Positions 1 to 10,380 are shown, counted from the stretch's first letter. The stretch: DNA of 55,634 bases from Planctomycetota bacterium (GCA_038318285.1 JBBQCC010000001.1:1-55634), one strand, 5' to 3'. Numbers and translations are program-made. The notes: generated from the letters alone by a model not told the origin.

Positions 1-23
1 CCTTTGGAATCCGCAGTCTGTCC

Positions 24-677
24 GTGGTGATCGAGACCGTCCTCTTCGACCTCGACGGAACGCTGATCGACTCGATCGAGCTGATCCGGCGCTCGTACGA
101 GCACACGCTACGTGTGCACTACGATCGTGAGCTGACGCGCGAGGACTGGCTGCTGGGCCTCGGTCGACCGCTGCGCTGGCAGTTCGCGCACTACACGCAG
201 GACGAGCGCGAGATCGATGCGATGATCGCGACGTACCGTGCGTTCAACCTCGAGCACCACGACGCGATGGTCACGGGTTTTCCCGGCGCCGTGGACGCGG
301 TGCGCGCCTTGAAGGAGCGTGGCGTCGCGCTCGCGATCGTGACCAGCAAGCTGAACGCCGGTGCGCGCAAGGGCCTCGCAATCGCCGGGTTTCAGGGCCT
401 TTTCGACGTGATCGTCGGCGCGGACGACGTGCGCGAGCACAAGCCGGACCCGGCGCCGGTCGCGGCGGCGTTGGCGTTGCTCGGTCGCCCGGCGCACAGC
501 GCGGTCATGGTGGGGGACTCGCCGCACGACCTCGCGTCGGGGCGCGCCGCGGGAGCGCGCACGGCCGCGGTCGCGTGGGGGCCGTTCGAGCGCGCCGAGC
601 TCGAACGCGCGAGCCCGGATCACTGGTTGGAAGTGCCCGACGCGATCGCTGAGCTCGTCGCGACCGTCACGCGCTGA
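24..677 (+). CDS. HAD-superfamily hydrolase (phosphoglycolate phosphatase / PpaX-like)
   Basis: 217-aa ORF with GTG start. HAD motif I FDLDGTLIDS lies near the N-terminus, with motif II VTSK and motif IV VGDSPHD. Confidence 0.85.
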   Translation: MVIETVLFDLDGTLIDSIELIRRSYEHTLRVHYDRELTREDWLLGLGRPLRWQFAHYTQDEREIDAMIATYRAFNLEHHDAMVTGFPGAVDAVRALKERGVALAIVTSKLNAGARKGLAIAGFQGLFDVIVGADDVREHKPDPAPVAAALALLGRPAHSAVMVGDSPHDLASGRAAGARTAAVAWGPFERAELERASPDHWLEVPDAIAELVATVTR

Positions 678-688
678 AGCACGCGCGC

Positions 689-1348
689 TCAGCGCGCTTT
701 GGAGACGGCCTTCTTCTTCGTGGCCGGTTTCGACACCGTCTTCTTCGTGGCAGACGTCAGGGACGCGGACTTCTTCGCGGTCGCTTGCTTCATGCGTGCC
801 TTCATCGAGCCCGCCTTCTTCGAGCCCGCACTCTTCGAGCCCACATTCTTCGCCGTCGCCTTGCGCGGCCCCTTCTCTCGCACAGCCTCCATCGCGGCCG
901 TGCAGTTGGCCAGGTACGTCTTGGCCGGCAACTTCCGAATCAATTCACCGACGACATCGAGCGGCACGTCCTCGAGCTTCTTGAAGCGCACGCAGCATTT
1001 CCCCATGTCGAGCTTCTTGCCGGCCTTCGCCCACGCCGCGCGGAACCAGCGCGTCAGCGCGCTCTCGTCCTCGGGCTCGCAGGCGTAGAGACCCATGAGG
1101 TACAGTGCCATGTGATTCTTCTGCGAACCGAGGTGTGCGAACGGCAGCGGCTGCTTCGGATCGCAGTGATAGCCGTCCGGGAACACCGAGTGCGGCACGT
1201 AGTAGCCGATCATGCCGTACTGCATGCCCTCCTCGAACGTCGTGTCGAGGTTGTCGAGGATGACCTTGCGCACGGATTCGATTGCGGCGCGTCGGTCCGC
1301 GGGGAGCGAGGACAGGTAGGCGGCGACGGTCGTGGCCTTGGACTGCAT
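689..1348 (-). CDS. DUF1801 (YdhG-like) domain protein with Lys/Ala-rich histone-H1-like C-terminal tail
   Basis: 219-aa ORF. The N-terminal ~140 aa matches the DUF1801/YdhG pattern by recognition only. The last ~70 aa are K/A/S/T-rich (KSAGSKKAGSMKARMKQATAKK...TKKKAVSKAR) and are partly encoded by 15-bp tandem units around 800-859. Confidence 0.75.
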   Translation of the reverse strand: MQSKATTVAAYLSSLPADRRAAIESVRKVILDNLDTTFEEGMQYGMIGYYVPHSVFPDGYHCDPKQPLPFAHLGSQKNHMALYLMGLYACEPEDESALTRWFRAAWAKAGKKLDMGKCCVRFKKLEDVPLDVVGELIRKLPAKTYLANCTAAMEAVREKGPRKATAKNVGSKSAGSKKAGSMKARMKQATAKKSASLTSATKKTVSKPATKKKAVSKAR

Positions 1349-1437
1349 GGACGGATTCTAGTGAAGAATCCTGCACCGCGTGGTGATGCGGCGAGCCAGA
1401 CCTGCGCTGGCCCGAAGCGTCGGTTATCGTCCGCGCG

Positions 1438-4400
1438 ATGTCCCCCCGTGCGAGCTGCGTCGTGGCGTCCTGCGCCGTCGTGTTCCTCCTCGTGGCGTGT
1501 TCCGGGACCTCGACGAGTCCGCAGCCGGTCCAGCCCGCGCCGTTGGCGAAGGCTCCCGCCGCTGTGGTCCGCGCAGTCGATCCGGCGGTCGCGAAGAACG
1601 CACAGCGCTTGGCCGAGACGGGATTCGGCGGAACACCGCCGCAGTGGATCTGGTCCTCGACCACTCCGGGCGAGCGCGAGGTCGTCGTGTTGCAGCGTAC
1701 GTTCGACGTCCCGCGTCCGATCGCGCGTGCGACGCTGCGCGCTTCGGCCGACAACCACGTGCGCGTGTACTTGAACGGCGAGCTCGTCGCAGCGCACGAC
1801 GAGTGGCGCAATGCCCTGGTCGAGGACGTCGGCGTGTACGTGCACCGAGGCGAGAATGTGCTCGCGCTCGTGGCGCAGAACGAGGGCGGTCCCGCGGGCG
1901 CCTGGGCTGAACTCGTCATCGAAGATCCCGCGGGCAAGCGCGTGCGCGTCGCGACGGACGGCAGTTGGCTGGCGGCGTCGCTGCCCGACGACGCGCGCTT
2001 CGACGCGACGAAGCCGACCGCGATCGCGAATGCGCGCACGGGCCCGGCGCATGCTTTCGGCACGTTCGGCGTCGGTCCTTGGCTCGGCGCGAGCAGCTCG
2101 GCGGAAAACACCGAAGTCGCCGCAGTCACGACATCCGCCGATGCTGGAGTCGGCCACGCGCTGGCCCCGGCCGCGATCCAAGTTCCGCCCGGATTCCGCG
2201 TCGAAATGGTGCACGAAGTGCCGCGGGCGAGCGAGGGCTCGTGGGTCAGCATGGCCGAGGACCCGCGCGGCCGCATCTACGTCAGCGACCAGCACGGACG
2301 CCTGTTCCGCGTGACACCGTCCGCGATCGGCGCCGACGCGAGCACGACGCGCGTCGAACCCGTCGCCGTGGACATCGGCAGCGCGCATGGACTGTGCTGG
2401 GCGTTCGATTCGCTCTATGTCGTCGTTTCCGAGCGCGATCCGGGCCGCGTCACCGGTCTGTACCGGCTGCGCGACACGGACGGCGACGACCAGCTCGACT
2501 CGTCCGAGATGCTGCGCGAGCTGCGCGGCAATGGCGAGCACGGTCCGCACGCCGTGCGTCTCGGGCCCGACGGAGCGCTGTGGATCGTCGCCGGGAACCA
2601 CACGGACCTGCCCGATCCGCTGTTGAAGTCGCGTGTGCCGCGCACGTGGGCCGAGGACAACGCGCTGCCGCGCATCGACGATCCGGGCGGTCACGCCGTC
2701 GGTCGCATGGCGCCCGGCGGTTGGATCGCGCGTACGGACGAGAACGGCAAGGACTTCGAGCTCGTCACGTCCGGGTTCCGCAACGCGTACGACTTCGCGT
2801 TCGATCCGCTCGGCGAGGTGTTCACGTTCGACTCGGACATGGAGTGGGACGTCGGCGCGCCCTGGTACCGACCGACGCGCATCCTGCACGCGGTGAGCGG
2901 CGCCGACTTCGGCTGGCGCAACGGATCGACGAAGTGGCCCGCCGATTCGATCGACACGTGGCCGTCGGTCTGCGACATGGGCCGTGCGTCGCCGACGGGG
3001 GTCGAGTTCGGTACGCGCGCAAGATTCCCGCAGCGTTGGCGCGACGCGCTGTACGCCTGCGATTGGTCGTTCGGCACGATCTACGCCGTGCAACTCGAGG
3101 CCGACGGGGCCAGTTGGCGCGGGAAAGCCGAGGTGTTCGCGCGCGGCGAGCCGTTCCAGGTGACCGATGCGATGATCGCTCAGGACGGTGCCATGTACGT
3201 GACGACCGGCGGGCGTAACACGCGCTCGGCGATGTACCGCATCGTGTGGGCGGGCGCCGTCGACGAGCCTGCGCGCCCACCGGACCGACTGACCATCGTG
3301 CAAAAGCGCCGCCTGGAGTTGGAGCAACTGCACGTTCCGACGAAGCGCGCGTGGCAACAGCTCGAGAACATCGGCCTCGGGCTGATGAGCTCGGATCGCT
3401 TTCTGTCGGGCGCGGCGCGCGTCGCGTTGGAGTTCACGCCGGTCGACCAGTGGGGCTCGGTCCAAGCGCACTGCTCTTCGCGCGAGGCGCAACTGCAGTA
3501 CGCCGTGGCGGCGCTTCATGTCGGCGGAGCGATGGGCAACTCCGTTCTGGAGTCCCTCGAACACATTGCCGGCAATGCCCAGAGGACCGATCCGCGGGTT
3601 GATGCGCTGCGTGTCGTGCAACTGGCGCTCACGCGTGCTGACCCGACCGCCGATTGGAAACAGGCCGTCGTGGAGCGCGTCAGTCTCGATCTCGGTCCGG
3701 GACGGGAGGGGCGCGAGGCGGCGATCGTCCTCGCCCGGCTCGGATCGCCGCCGGACAGCCGCGGCTGGCTGCTTCCGGAGCGTCTGCTCGAGCGCATCGA
3801 CGCGAGCACGACGCAAGAAGACGCGATCCACTTCGCGTACTGCCTGCGCGTGGCGAAGGACGGCTGGACGCCTGCGCTGCGCGAGCGCTTCCTCGACTTC
3901 CTCGACGGTCGCGCCAAGACGTTCCAAGGCGGTGACAGCCTCACCAAGTACGTGACCCGCATCCGCGAGGACTTCGTCGTGCGCATTCCCGAACTCGATC
4001 GTGCCGCGCTCGCTGCTCGTCTCGACCCGCCGAAGGCCGCCAAAGCTGTCAGCACCGCGGCGGCCACATTCGTGCGGCGTTGGAGGCGCCCCGAGCTGGA
4101 GACGCTGCTCGCGTCGCCGCTGCACGACCGCTCGTTCGTGGCGGGAAAACAGGCCTTTTCGACGGCGACGTGCATCACGTGCCACCGCATCGGCGACACG
4201 GGCGGCGCGACGGGGCCGGACCTGACGTCCACCGCGGCGCGTTTCGGCATCGCGGACATGCTCGACGCGATCGTCGAGCCCTCGAAGACGATCTCGGACC
4301 AGTACCGCGACGTCGAGTTGCGCACGACGGAGGGCGACCTCTTCGTCGGACGCATCGAAGCCGAGCAGGGCGGCACGATCCGCTTGCGACGTACGCCCGG

Positions 4401-4569
4401 CGACGAGGTCGTCGAGATCGGGGACGCTGACGTGGAGATGCGCCGGCCTTACCCGCTGTCGCGCATGCCCAACGGTCTTCTCGACACGCTCGACGAAGAC
4501 GGCGTGCTCGACCTGTTCGCCTACCTGCGATCGGGCGGAAACGCCGCGCATCCGGCGTTTCGGCACTGA
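1438..4569 (+). CDS. PVC-type heme-binding CxxCH lipoprotein (dehydrogenase-like beta-propeller region + HEAT-like helical region + C-terminal cytochrome c domain)
   Basis: 1043-aa ORF. It has a lipoprotein-type signal (FLLVACSG) and a single c-type heme motif CITCH followed by GPDLT near the C-terminus. The architecture is typical of the Pirellula/Verrucomicrobium-type putative membrane-bound dehydrogenases. Confidence 0.8.
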   Translation: MSPRASCVVASCAVVFLLVACSGTSTSPQPVQPAPLAKAPAAVVRAVDPAVAKNAQRLAETGFGGTPPQWIWSSTTPGEREVVVLQRTFDVPRPIARATLRASADNHVRVYLNGELVAAHDEWRNALVEDVGVYVHRGENVLALVAQNEGGPAGAWAELVIEDPAGKRVRVATDGSWLAASLPDDARFDATKPTAIANARTGPAHAFGTFGVGPWLGASSSAENTEVAAVTTSADAGVGHALAPAAIQVPPGFRVEMVHEVPRASEGSWVSMAEDPRGRIYVSDQHGRLFRVTPSAIGADASTTRVEPVAVDIGSAHGLCWAFDSLYVVVSERDPGRVTGLYRLRDTDGDDQLDSSEMLRELRGNGEHGPHAVRLGPDGALWIVAGNHTDLPDPLLKSRVPRTWAEDNALPRIDDPGGHAVGRMAPGGWIARTDENGKDFELVTSGFRNAYDFAFDPLGEVFTFDSDMEWDVGAPWYRPTRILHAVSGADFGWRNGSTKWPADSIDTWPSVCDMGRASPTGVEFGTRARFPQRWRDALYACDWSFGTIYAVQLEADGASWRGKAEVFARGEPFQVTDAMIAQDGAMYVTTGGRNTRSAMYRIVWAGAVDEPARPPDRLTIVQKRRLELEQLHVPTKRAWQQLENIGLGLMSSDRFLSGAARVALEFTPVDQWGSVQAHCSSREAQLQYAVAALHVGGAMGNSVLESLEHIAGNAQRTDPRVDALRVVQLALTRADPTADWKQAVVERVSLDLGPGREGREAAIVLARLGSPPDSRGWLLPERLLERIDASTTQEDAIHFAYCLRVAKDGWTPALRERFLDFLDGRAKTFQGGDSLTKYVTRIREDFVVRIPELDRAALAARLDPPKAAKAVSTAAATFVRRWRRPELETLLASPLHDRSFVAGKQAFSTATCITCHRIGDTGGATGPDLTSTAARFGIADMLDAIVEPSKTISDQYRDVELRTTEGDLFVGRIEAEQGGTIRLRRTPGDEVVEIGDADVEMRRPYPLSRMPNGLLDTLDEDGVLDLFAYLRSGGNAAHPAFRH

Positions 4570-4592
4570 GGGTCGACGCGTAGGCTCTGCGC

Positions 4593-5351
4593 ATGGAAAT
4601 GCTGGGAGTGGTCGCGTCGTGTGGGTTCGTGGTGTCGATCTCGCTGCTGGGCGGGACGCTGGGCGGGCTGGCGGGCGCGTTCTTGTCGAGCGCCGAGAAG
4701 CCTGTACAGGCGGCCGAGGCAACGCAGAGTCCGGAGGGTTACATCACGCGCACGATCGAGGGTTTCACGGTGCACGTGGAATCGTCGCTCGCTGATTCGA
4801 GCGACGAAACGGGGAGGGATGCGCTCGCGCTGCTGGCTGCGAAGCTGCTCGACGTGCGCCGCGCCGTTCCCGAGCACGCTCTGGCGAAATTGCGCGGCGT
4901 GCCCATCTGGCTCGACCGCACCGACGCGAAGTTCCCTTGCGCCGTGTACCACCCGTCGCGCGAGTGGCTGGCCGAGAACGGCTGCGATCCGCGCAAGGCG
5001 AAGGCCGTGCAGATCGCGAACGCACGCACGTTCCTGGAATGGTCGCGCGACCAACCGGCGATGGTGCTGCACGAGCTGGCGCACGCCTACCACGACCGCA
5101 TGGCGCCGCCGGATCGCGATCGCGTCGCCGCTGCTCACGCGCGCGGTGTCGCGAGCGTCGCATACGACCACGTGCTGCGCGCGAGCGGCGCCGAGGAACG
5201 ACACTACGCGCTGACGAACCCCGAGGAGTTCTTCGCCGAGGCGACCGAGGCGTACTTCGGCACGAACGATTTCTATCCCTTCGTGCGCGCGGAACTCGTG
5301 AGGCACGATGCCGAGACGGCGAGGCTCGTCGGCGAACTCTGGTTGCGCTGA
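4593..5351 (+). CDS. Putative zinc metallopeptidase-like protein (HExxH), N-terminally anchored
   Basis: 252-aa ORF with a hydrophobic N-terminus. It carries HELAHAYH (HExxH) and a downstream EEFFAEATEAYF motif reminiscent of MtfA/M90-like peptidases. Confidence 0.6.
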   Translation: MEMLGVVASCGFVVSISLLGGTLGGLAGAFLSSAEKPVQAAEATQSPEGYITRTIEGFTVHVESSLADSSDETGRDALALLAAKLLDVRRAVPEHALAKLRGVPIWLDRTDAKFPCAVYHPSREWLAENGCDPRKAKAVQIANARTFLEWSRDQPAMVLHELAHAYHDRMAPPDRDRVAAAHARGVASVAYDHVLRASGAEERHYALTNPEEFFAEATEAYFGTNDFYPFVRAELVRHDAETARLVGELWLR

Positions 5352-5376
5352 AGAATCGAACGGGCCGTCGAACCGA

Positions 5377-6954
5377 TCACTTCGGGCTCGCTGCGCTCCT
5401 ACCGACGCGCTCGAGCGCGAGCGTGCGTCGCGCCAACTCGCTCGGTTTCACTTCTACCCAGGGCGTCTCCGCGCGCTCCGCGGCGCGCAACTGCCAGCCC
5501 TCCGCGTTGATCCCGAGCCACATCTGCGGGTCGGGCGGCACGTCTTCGAATCGCGCGATGCCCAGTGCATCGCTGATGGCCGACCATTCGCGCCAGGGCG
5601 CGATGATCGAGCCGACCTCGGGAATCGTCACGTTGGGCGACACGAACACCGTGGCGTCGGCGATCGGCTTGCCTTCGTCGCCCTGCACGAGGATCTCGAC
5701 CCGACCCGTAGCGATCATGCGGACGATCAGCGCATCGAGGGCGGGCACGACCACGGTCTGGGGTCGCGAAGCGCCACGCCCGAACATTTCCAGCGCGCGC
5801 GCTTCGTCCTCGGGCGTGGCTCCCGGTGCCAGCGTGATGCCGGCTTCGGCCAGCGTGCGCGGCGGAATCAGCGCGGAAACACAACCGCGCGCCAGTGCGA
5901 ACACATGACCCGATCCGGGCGGCAGTTCGTGAAAGACGAACGTGCCGTCGGAGGCCACGTCGGCTTCGAAGTCCTCGCCCAAGGTAGACGCGTTCGGGGA
6001 CGCCGTGCTGCGGTGCAGCGACAACATCACGTGCCCGTCGACGATGGGTCGAGGGACCCACTCGTCGAGTTGTCCGCGCAAATCCAGGGCACCACGTAGC
6101 TCTACGGCAAGGTCGACGCGCTCGTTCGCGCGGACGTCGAACTCGACGAAATCGCTGTAAAGCAAGCGATCTTCTGCACTCTGGGGTCGATGCGTCACGC
6201 GCAGCACGTGGGCTCCCGGATTGATACGCGTCGTGACCATGCGCCCGTCCGATTCGCGCGTCCATGCGCTGCGGCCCAGCATCGCCTCGCGTTCGAGATC
6301 GATCGTCACGTCGTCCACGCGTCGGTTCGCGGACTCGAACCAAGCGAGTACGGACACCACGGCGCCGCGCGCGAGCACGATGCGGTGTTCACCCGGCTCC
6401 ACGCGGAACGAACTCTCGCGATAGGGCACGAACTCCGGGTGCGTGACCTCGATGTCGATCGCGGTCGTCCGTCCATCGATGTCGGCCCAGGTCCAGCAGT
6501 CGAGGTGCGCCCGCCCGAACGCATCCGTCCGTGCCGTCAGGGCCTCGCCGCGGTATTGGAACCAGGATCCCGGCGCCGCGGCCGATCGCATGCCATCCAC
6601 GCGAATGGACGCGTCGAACACGGGTTGGTCCGACTCGTCCACGACCACGAGTTCCATCGGGAGCTTGGCTTCGAGATCGGCGACTTCGGTGCTCGCCTCA
6701 GGATCGACTGCGGGTTCGGCGGGCGGCGTTTGGACTCTGTCCGATTCGATCGCAGCCTCGACAGTGCGCGCGTCCGGCGCGCGTACTGCGGAGAGTTGCA
6801 CCGGAGCGGTCGGCGCGGCGGCCGGGCGGGCCGGTGCGGGATCCGGCGCACCGACGGCCTCGCGCGGTTCCCCGGCGAACAGACCGACGAGCACCGCAAC
6901 CAGCGCGCACAGGACTAGGACGACCGGAATGACGAGCTTGGGGCGGAGCGACAT
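5377..6954 (-). CDS. Hypothetical membrane-anchored protein with repeated beta-sandwich-like regions
   Basis: 525-aa ORF with an N-terminal TM helix (LVIPVVLVLCALVAVLVGLFA) and a Pro/Ala-rich linker. No catalytic motif was recognised. Confidence 0.6.
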   Translation of the reverse strand: MSLRPKLVIPVVLVLCALVAVLVGLFAGEPREAVGAPDPAPARPAAAPTAPVQLSAVRAPDARTVEAAIESDRVQTPPAEPAVDPEASTEVADLEAKLPMELVVVDESDQPVFDASIRVDGMRSAAAPGSWFQYRGEALTARTDAFGRAHLDCWTWADIDGRTTAIDIEVTHPEFVPYRESSFRVEPGEHRIVLARGAVVSVLAWFESANRRVDDVTIDLEREAMLGRSAWTRESDGRMVTTRINPGAHVLRVTHRPQSAEDRLLYSDFVEFDVRANERVDLAVELRGALDLRGQLDEWVPRPIVDGHVMLSLHRSTASPNASTLGEDFEADVASDGTFVFHELPPGSGHVFALARGCVSALIPPRTLAEAGITLAPGATPEDEARALEMFGRGASRPQTVVVPALDALIVRMIATGRVEILVQGDEGKPIADATVFVSPNVTIPEVGSIIAPWREWSAISDALGIARFEDVPPDPQMWLGINAEGWQLRAAERAETPWVEVKPSELARRTLALERVGRSAASPK

Positions 6955-7151
6955 GCAGCGACGTTACCCCTCTCGAATCGCACGGGTACACAGGCAAGAC
7001 GTGGCCGGGGGAGTGGGGCCGGGCCACACCCTGCCGCAGTTCCAGCACCCGCGACTAGGCCGCTGCGTCGGCGCGACTTAGACTGTTCGCCCTCTTCGCC
7101 AGGCTGCGCCACGTCCGGCGCGCCAGCGGGAGCACACGAGGAGCATCGACC

Positions 7152-8333
7152 GTGAGAGACGTCGTCATCGCCAGCGCCTGCCGCACACCGATCGGCAAGT
7201 TCCAAGGGGCACTCACGAGCTTCAGCGCGCCGCAACTCGGCGCGCTCGCCATTCGCGAAGCGCTGCGCCGCGCGGGAGTCGCGCCCGACAAGGTCGACGA
7301 AGTGATCATGGGCAACGTGCTGACCGCGGGCCTGGGCCAGAACCCGGCGCGTCAGGCGGCGATCCACGGCGGCGTGCCGAACACGGTCGGCAGCTTCACC
7401 GTGAACAAGGTCTGCGGCTCGGGCCTCAAGTCCGTGATGCTCGCGGCGCAGGCGATCCGCGCGGGCGATGCCGAGATCATCGTCGCGGGCGGTCAGGAGA
7501 GCATGACGAACGCGCCGTACTTGATGCCGGAAGCGCGCGCCGGCGTGCGGCTCGGTCACGGCAAGTTGATCGACTCCATGGTGTGGGACGGCCTGTGGGA
7601 CATCTTCAACGACTTCCACATGGGCAGCACGGGCGAGCTCGTCGCGCGCAAATACGAGATCAGCCGGCGTCAGCAGGACGAGTTCGCCGCGCAGAGTCAC
7701 CAGAAGGCGGCGGCGGCAACGGCCGCGGGCAAGTTCGACGCGGAGAAATTCGCCGTGTCGATTCCGCAGCGCAAGGGCGAGCCGATCTCGTTCACGACGG
7801 ACGAAACGGTGCGCGGCGACACGACGGCCGACTCGATCGCCAAGTTGAAGCCGGCGTTCGAAGCGACGGGCACCGTGACGGCAGCGAACGCGAGCTCGAT
7901 CAACGACGGCGCTTCGGCGCTGGTGGTCATGAGCGCGGACGCGGCCAAGAAGCTCGGTGTGAAGCCGCTCGCGCGCATCACGGGCTACGCGACCGGCGGT
8001 TGCGCGCCGGAGTGGGTCATGATGGCGCCCGAGAAGTCGATCGGCGCGTGTGCGACGAAATTGGGCAAGAAGCCCGCTGATTTCGACCTGCACGAGATCA
8101 ACGAGGCGTTCTCGGTCGCGGCCATCGCGCTGATGCGCGTGCTCGACCTGAATCCGGAGAAGGTCAACGTGAATGGCGGCGCGGTGGCGCTGGGTCACCC
8201 GATCGGCGCGTCGGGCGCGCGCGTGCTGACGACCTTGTTGCACGCGATGCAACAGCGCGACGCGAAGACGGGCATGGCGTCCTTGTGCCTCGGCGGCGGC
8301 AACGCGGTGTCGCTGTCGGTGGAGCGCGTTTGA
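7152..8333 (+). CDS. Acetyl-CoA C-acetyltransferase (thiolase II)
   Basis: 393-aa ORF with GTG start preceded by AGGAG. It has the thiolase active-site Cys context [11 protein letters not shown], the C-terminal motifs [19 protein letters not shown] and CLGGGNAVS, and the typical length. Confidence 0.95.
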   Translation: MRDVVIASACRTPIGKFQGALTSFSAPQLGALAIREALRRAGVAPDKVDEVIMGNVLTAGLGQNPARQAAIHGGVPNTVGSFTVNKVCGSGLKSVMLAAQAIRAGDAEIIVAGGQESMTNAPYLMPEARAGVRLGHGKLIDSMVWDGLWDIFNDFHMGSTGELVARKYEISRRQQDEFAAQSHQKAAAATAAGKFDAEKFAVSIPQRKGEPISFTTDETVRGDTTADSIAKLKPAFEATGTVTAANASSINDGASALVVMSADAAKKLGVKPLARITGYATGGCAPEWVMMAPEKSIGACATKLGKKPADFDLHEINEAFSVAAIALMRVLDLNPEKVNVNGGAVALGHPIGASGARVLTTLLHAMQQRDAKTGMASLCLGGGNAVSLSVERV

Positions 8334-8334
8334 G

Positions 8335-9210
8335 ATGAGCGCTTCCAAGTGCACCTACCAACGCGTCGCCGTCGTCGGCGCGGGCACGATGGGTAACGGG
8401 ATCGCGCAGACCTTCGCCAGCTTCGGCGCGGAGGTTCTGCTGGTCGACGTGAACGAGGATGGCCTCAAGAAGGGCGTCGCAGCGATCGAGGGATCCCTCG
8501 CGCGTTTCGTGAAGAAGGGGACACTACCTGAGGCTGACGCGCAGGCGATCCGTGCACGCGTGCGGCCCACGACGCGTCTCGAGGATGCGCGCGACGTGCA
8601 GCTGGCCGTCGAAGCCGTGTCCGAGCGCATCGACATCAAGCGCAAGGTGTTCACCGCGCTGGATGCACAGTGCCCGCCGACGACGATCCTGGCGACGAAC
8701 ACCAGTTCGATTTCGATCACCGAGATCGCCGCGGCGACGAAGCGCGCAGACCGCGTCATCGGCATGCACTTCATGAACCCCGTGCCGCTGATGAAGCTGG
8801 TCGAGCTGATCCGCGGACAAGAGACCAGTGACGACACGATGCGCGCGATTCACGCGTGCACCGAATCGCTCGACAAGACGCCGGTCGAAGCCAGCGACTA
8901 CCCGGGCTTCGTGTCGAACCGCGTGCTGATGCCGATGATCAACGAGGCGGTGTTCTGCCTCATGGAAGGCGTCGCGACCCGCGAGGGCATCGACACCGTC
9001 ATGAAGCTCGGCATGAACCACCCGATGGGTCCGCTCGCGCTGGCCGACTTGATCGGCCTCGACGTGTGCCTCGACATCCTCGAGGTCTTGCACGGCGGGC
9101 TCGGCGACGACAAATACCGTCCGTGCCCGCTGCTGCGCCGCTACGTCGCGGCTGGTCGGCTGGGCAAGAAGAGCGGCAAGGGTTTCTACGACTACCCGGC
9201 CAAGGCCTGA
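8335..9210 (+). CDS. hbd: 3-hydroxybutyryl-CoA dehydrogenase
   Basis: 291-aa ORF starting 1 nt after the thiolase stop. It has the Rossmann motif [15 protein letters not shown], and HFMNPVP and GFVSNR motifs typical of 3-hydroxyacyl-CoA dehydrogenases. Confidence 0.93.
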   Translation: MSASKCTYQRVAVVGAGTMGNGIAQTFASFGAEVLLVDVNEDGLKKGVAAIEGSLARFVKKGTLPEADAQAIRARVRPTTRLEDARDVQLAVEAVSERIDIKRKVFTALDAQCPPTTILATNTSSISITEIAAATKRADRVIGMHFMNPVPLMKLVELIRGQETSDDTMRAIHACTESLDKTPVEASDYPGFVSNRVLMPMINEAVFCLMEGVATREGIDTVMKLGMNHPMGPLALADLIGLDVCLDILEVLHGGLGDDKYRPCPLLRRYVAAGRLGKKSGKGFYDYPAKA

Positions 9211-9224
9211 GAGAACGCAACACG

Positions 9225-10367
9225 ATGGACTTCGCGCTCGACGAGGAACTCACGCTGGTTCGCGACATGGCTCGCGGCTTCGCGGAATCGGAACTGATGC
9301 CGCGTGCGACGAAGCACGATCGGCAGGGCTTCATCGACCCCGAAGTTTTCGCGGGGATGAAAGAGCTGGGCCTGTGGGGCCTCACGATCCCCGAGGAATA
9401 CGGCGGTTCGGGCCTGGGCAACCAGGCGCTCGCGGTCGTGCTGGAGGAGGTCAACCGCGCATGCGCGTCGACCGGCGTCACGCTGTCCGTGCACAACAGC
9501 CTCGTGGGTGCGCCGCTGTGCAAGTTCGGCACGGACGCCCAGAAGAAGCAGTGGCTGCCGCGCCTCGCCTCGGGCGAGATCATTGGCGCTTACTGCTTGA
9601 CCGAACCCAACGCCGGCTCCGACGCCGGTTCGCTGCGCACAACGGCGAAAGAGGACGGTGACGACTTCCTCGTCGACGGCACGAAGGTGTGGGTCACGAA
9701 CGGCGGCTGGGCCGGGCTCTTCCTCGTGTACGTGCGCACCGAGGCCGGCACGTCGCGCGCACGCGGCGTCAGCGCGCTGCTGATCCCCGGCGACGCGCCC
9801 GGCATCACGGTGGGCAAGCCCGAGAAGAAATGCGGCATCCGCGGCAGCTCGACGACCGAGATCGAGTTCAGCGGCGTGCGCGTGCCCAAGTCGAACTTGG
9901 TCGGCACTTTGCACGAGGGATTCAAGGTCGCGATGGACACGCTCGACGGCGGTCGCATCGGCATTGCCAGCCAGGCGGTCGGCATCGGCCGCGCGTGCCT
10001 CGAGGCCGCGATCAAGTACAGCAAGGAACGCGAGCAGTTCGGCAAGGCGATCGGTCAGTTCCAGGCGATCCAGTGGAAGCTCGCCGACATGGCGACGCGC
10101 CTCGACGCCTCGCGCCTGCTCGTGCAAAAGGCCGCCTGGATGCGCGACCGCGGCGACCGCTGCTCGCAAGAAGCCGCCGAAGCCAAGATGTTCGCCAGCC
10201 AAACCGCCAACTTCTGCGCCGACGAATGCCTGCAGATCCACGGCGGCGCCGGCTACACCGACCATTTCATCGTCGAGCGCCTCTTCCGCGACGCCCGCAT
10301 CACCGAGATCTACGAAGGCGCCACCGACATCCAACGGATCGTGATCGCCCGCGCCGTGACCACCTGA
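9225..10367 (+). CDS. Acyl-CoA dehydrogenase (short-chain / butyryl-CoA dehydrogenase-like)
   Basis: The internal ATG at 9225 (MDFALDEELT...) of ORF 8856-10367 gives 380 aa. It shows ACAD family patterns ([10 protein letters not shown], catalytic-Glu region IYEGATDIQR). The upstream ORF extension overlaps hbd and is rejected. Confidence 0.93.
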   Translation: MDFALDEELTLVRDMARGFAESELMPRATKHDRQGFIDPEVFAGMKELGLWGLTIPEEYGGSGLGNQALAVVLEEVNRACASTGVTLSVHNSLVGAPLCKFGTDAQKKQWLPRLASGEIIGAYCLTEPNAGSDAGSLRTTAKEDGDDFLVDGTKVWVTNGGWAGLFLVYVRTEAGTSRARGVSALLIPGDAPGITVGKPEKKCGIRGSSTTEIEFSGVRVPKSNLVGTLHEGFKVAMDTLDGGRIGIASQAVGIGRACLEAAIKYSKEREQFGKAIGQFQAIQWKLADMATRLDASRLLVQKAAWMRDRGDRCSQEAAEAKMFASQTANFCADECLQIHGGAGYTDHFIVERLFRDARITEIYEGATDIQRIVIARAVTT

Positions 10368-10380
10368 ACTTCGCCACTCC

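Noticed and set aside
1210-4722. 1170-aa ORF on the minus strand, the longest ORF in this part of the window.
   Set aside because: It is entirely antisense to the well-supported 1438-4569 lipoprotein/cytochrome gene. Its translation is Arg/Ala/Pro-rich low-complexity sequence with no motifs. Long stop-free antisense frames are expected at this G+C content.
8856-9224. N-terminal extension of the acyl-CoA dehydrogenase ORF. The analogous upstream extensions are 36253-37386, 39365-40300, 41758-43221, 9689-10675, 14684-15286 and 49493-50476.
   Set aside because: The extensions overlap the preceding, independently supported genes in another frame. Family-typical N-termini, signal peptides or SD-preceded starts occur at the internal start codons I used.
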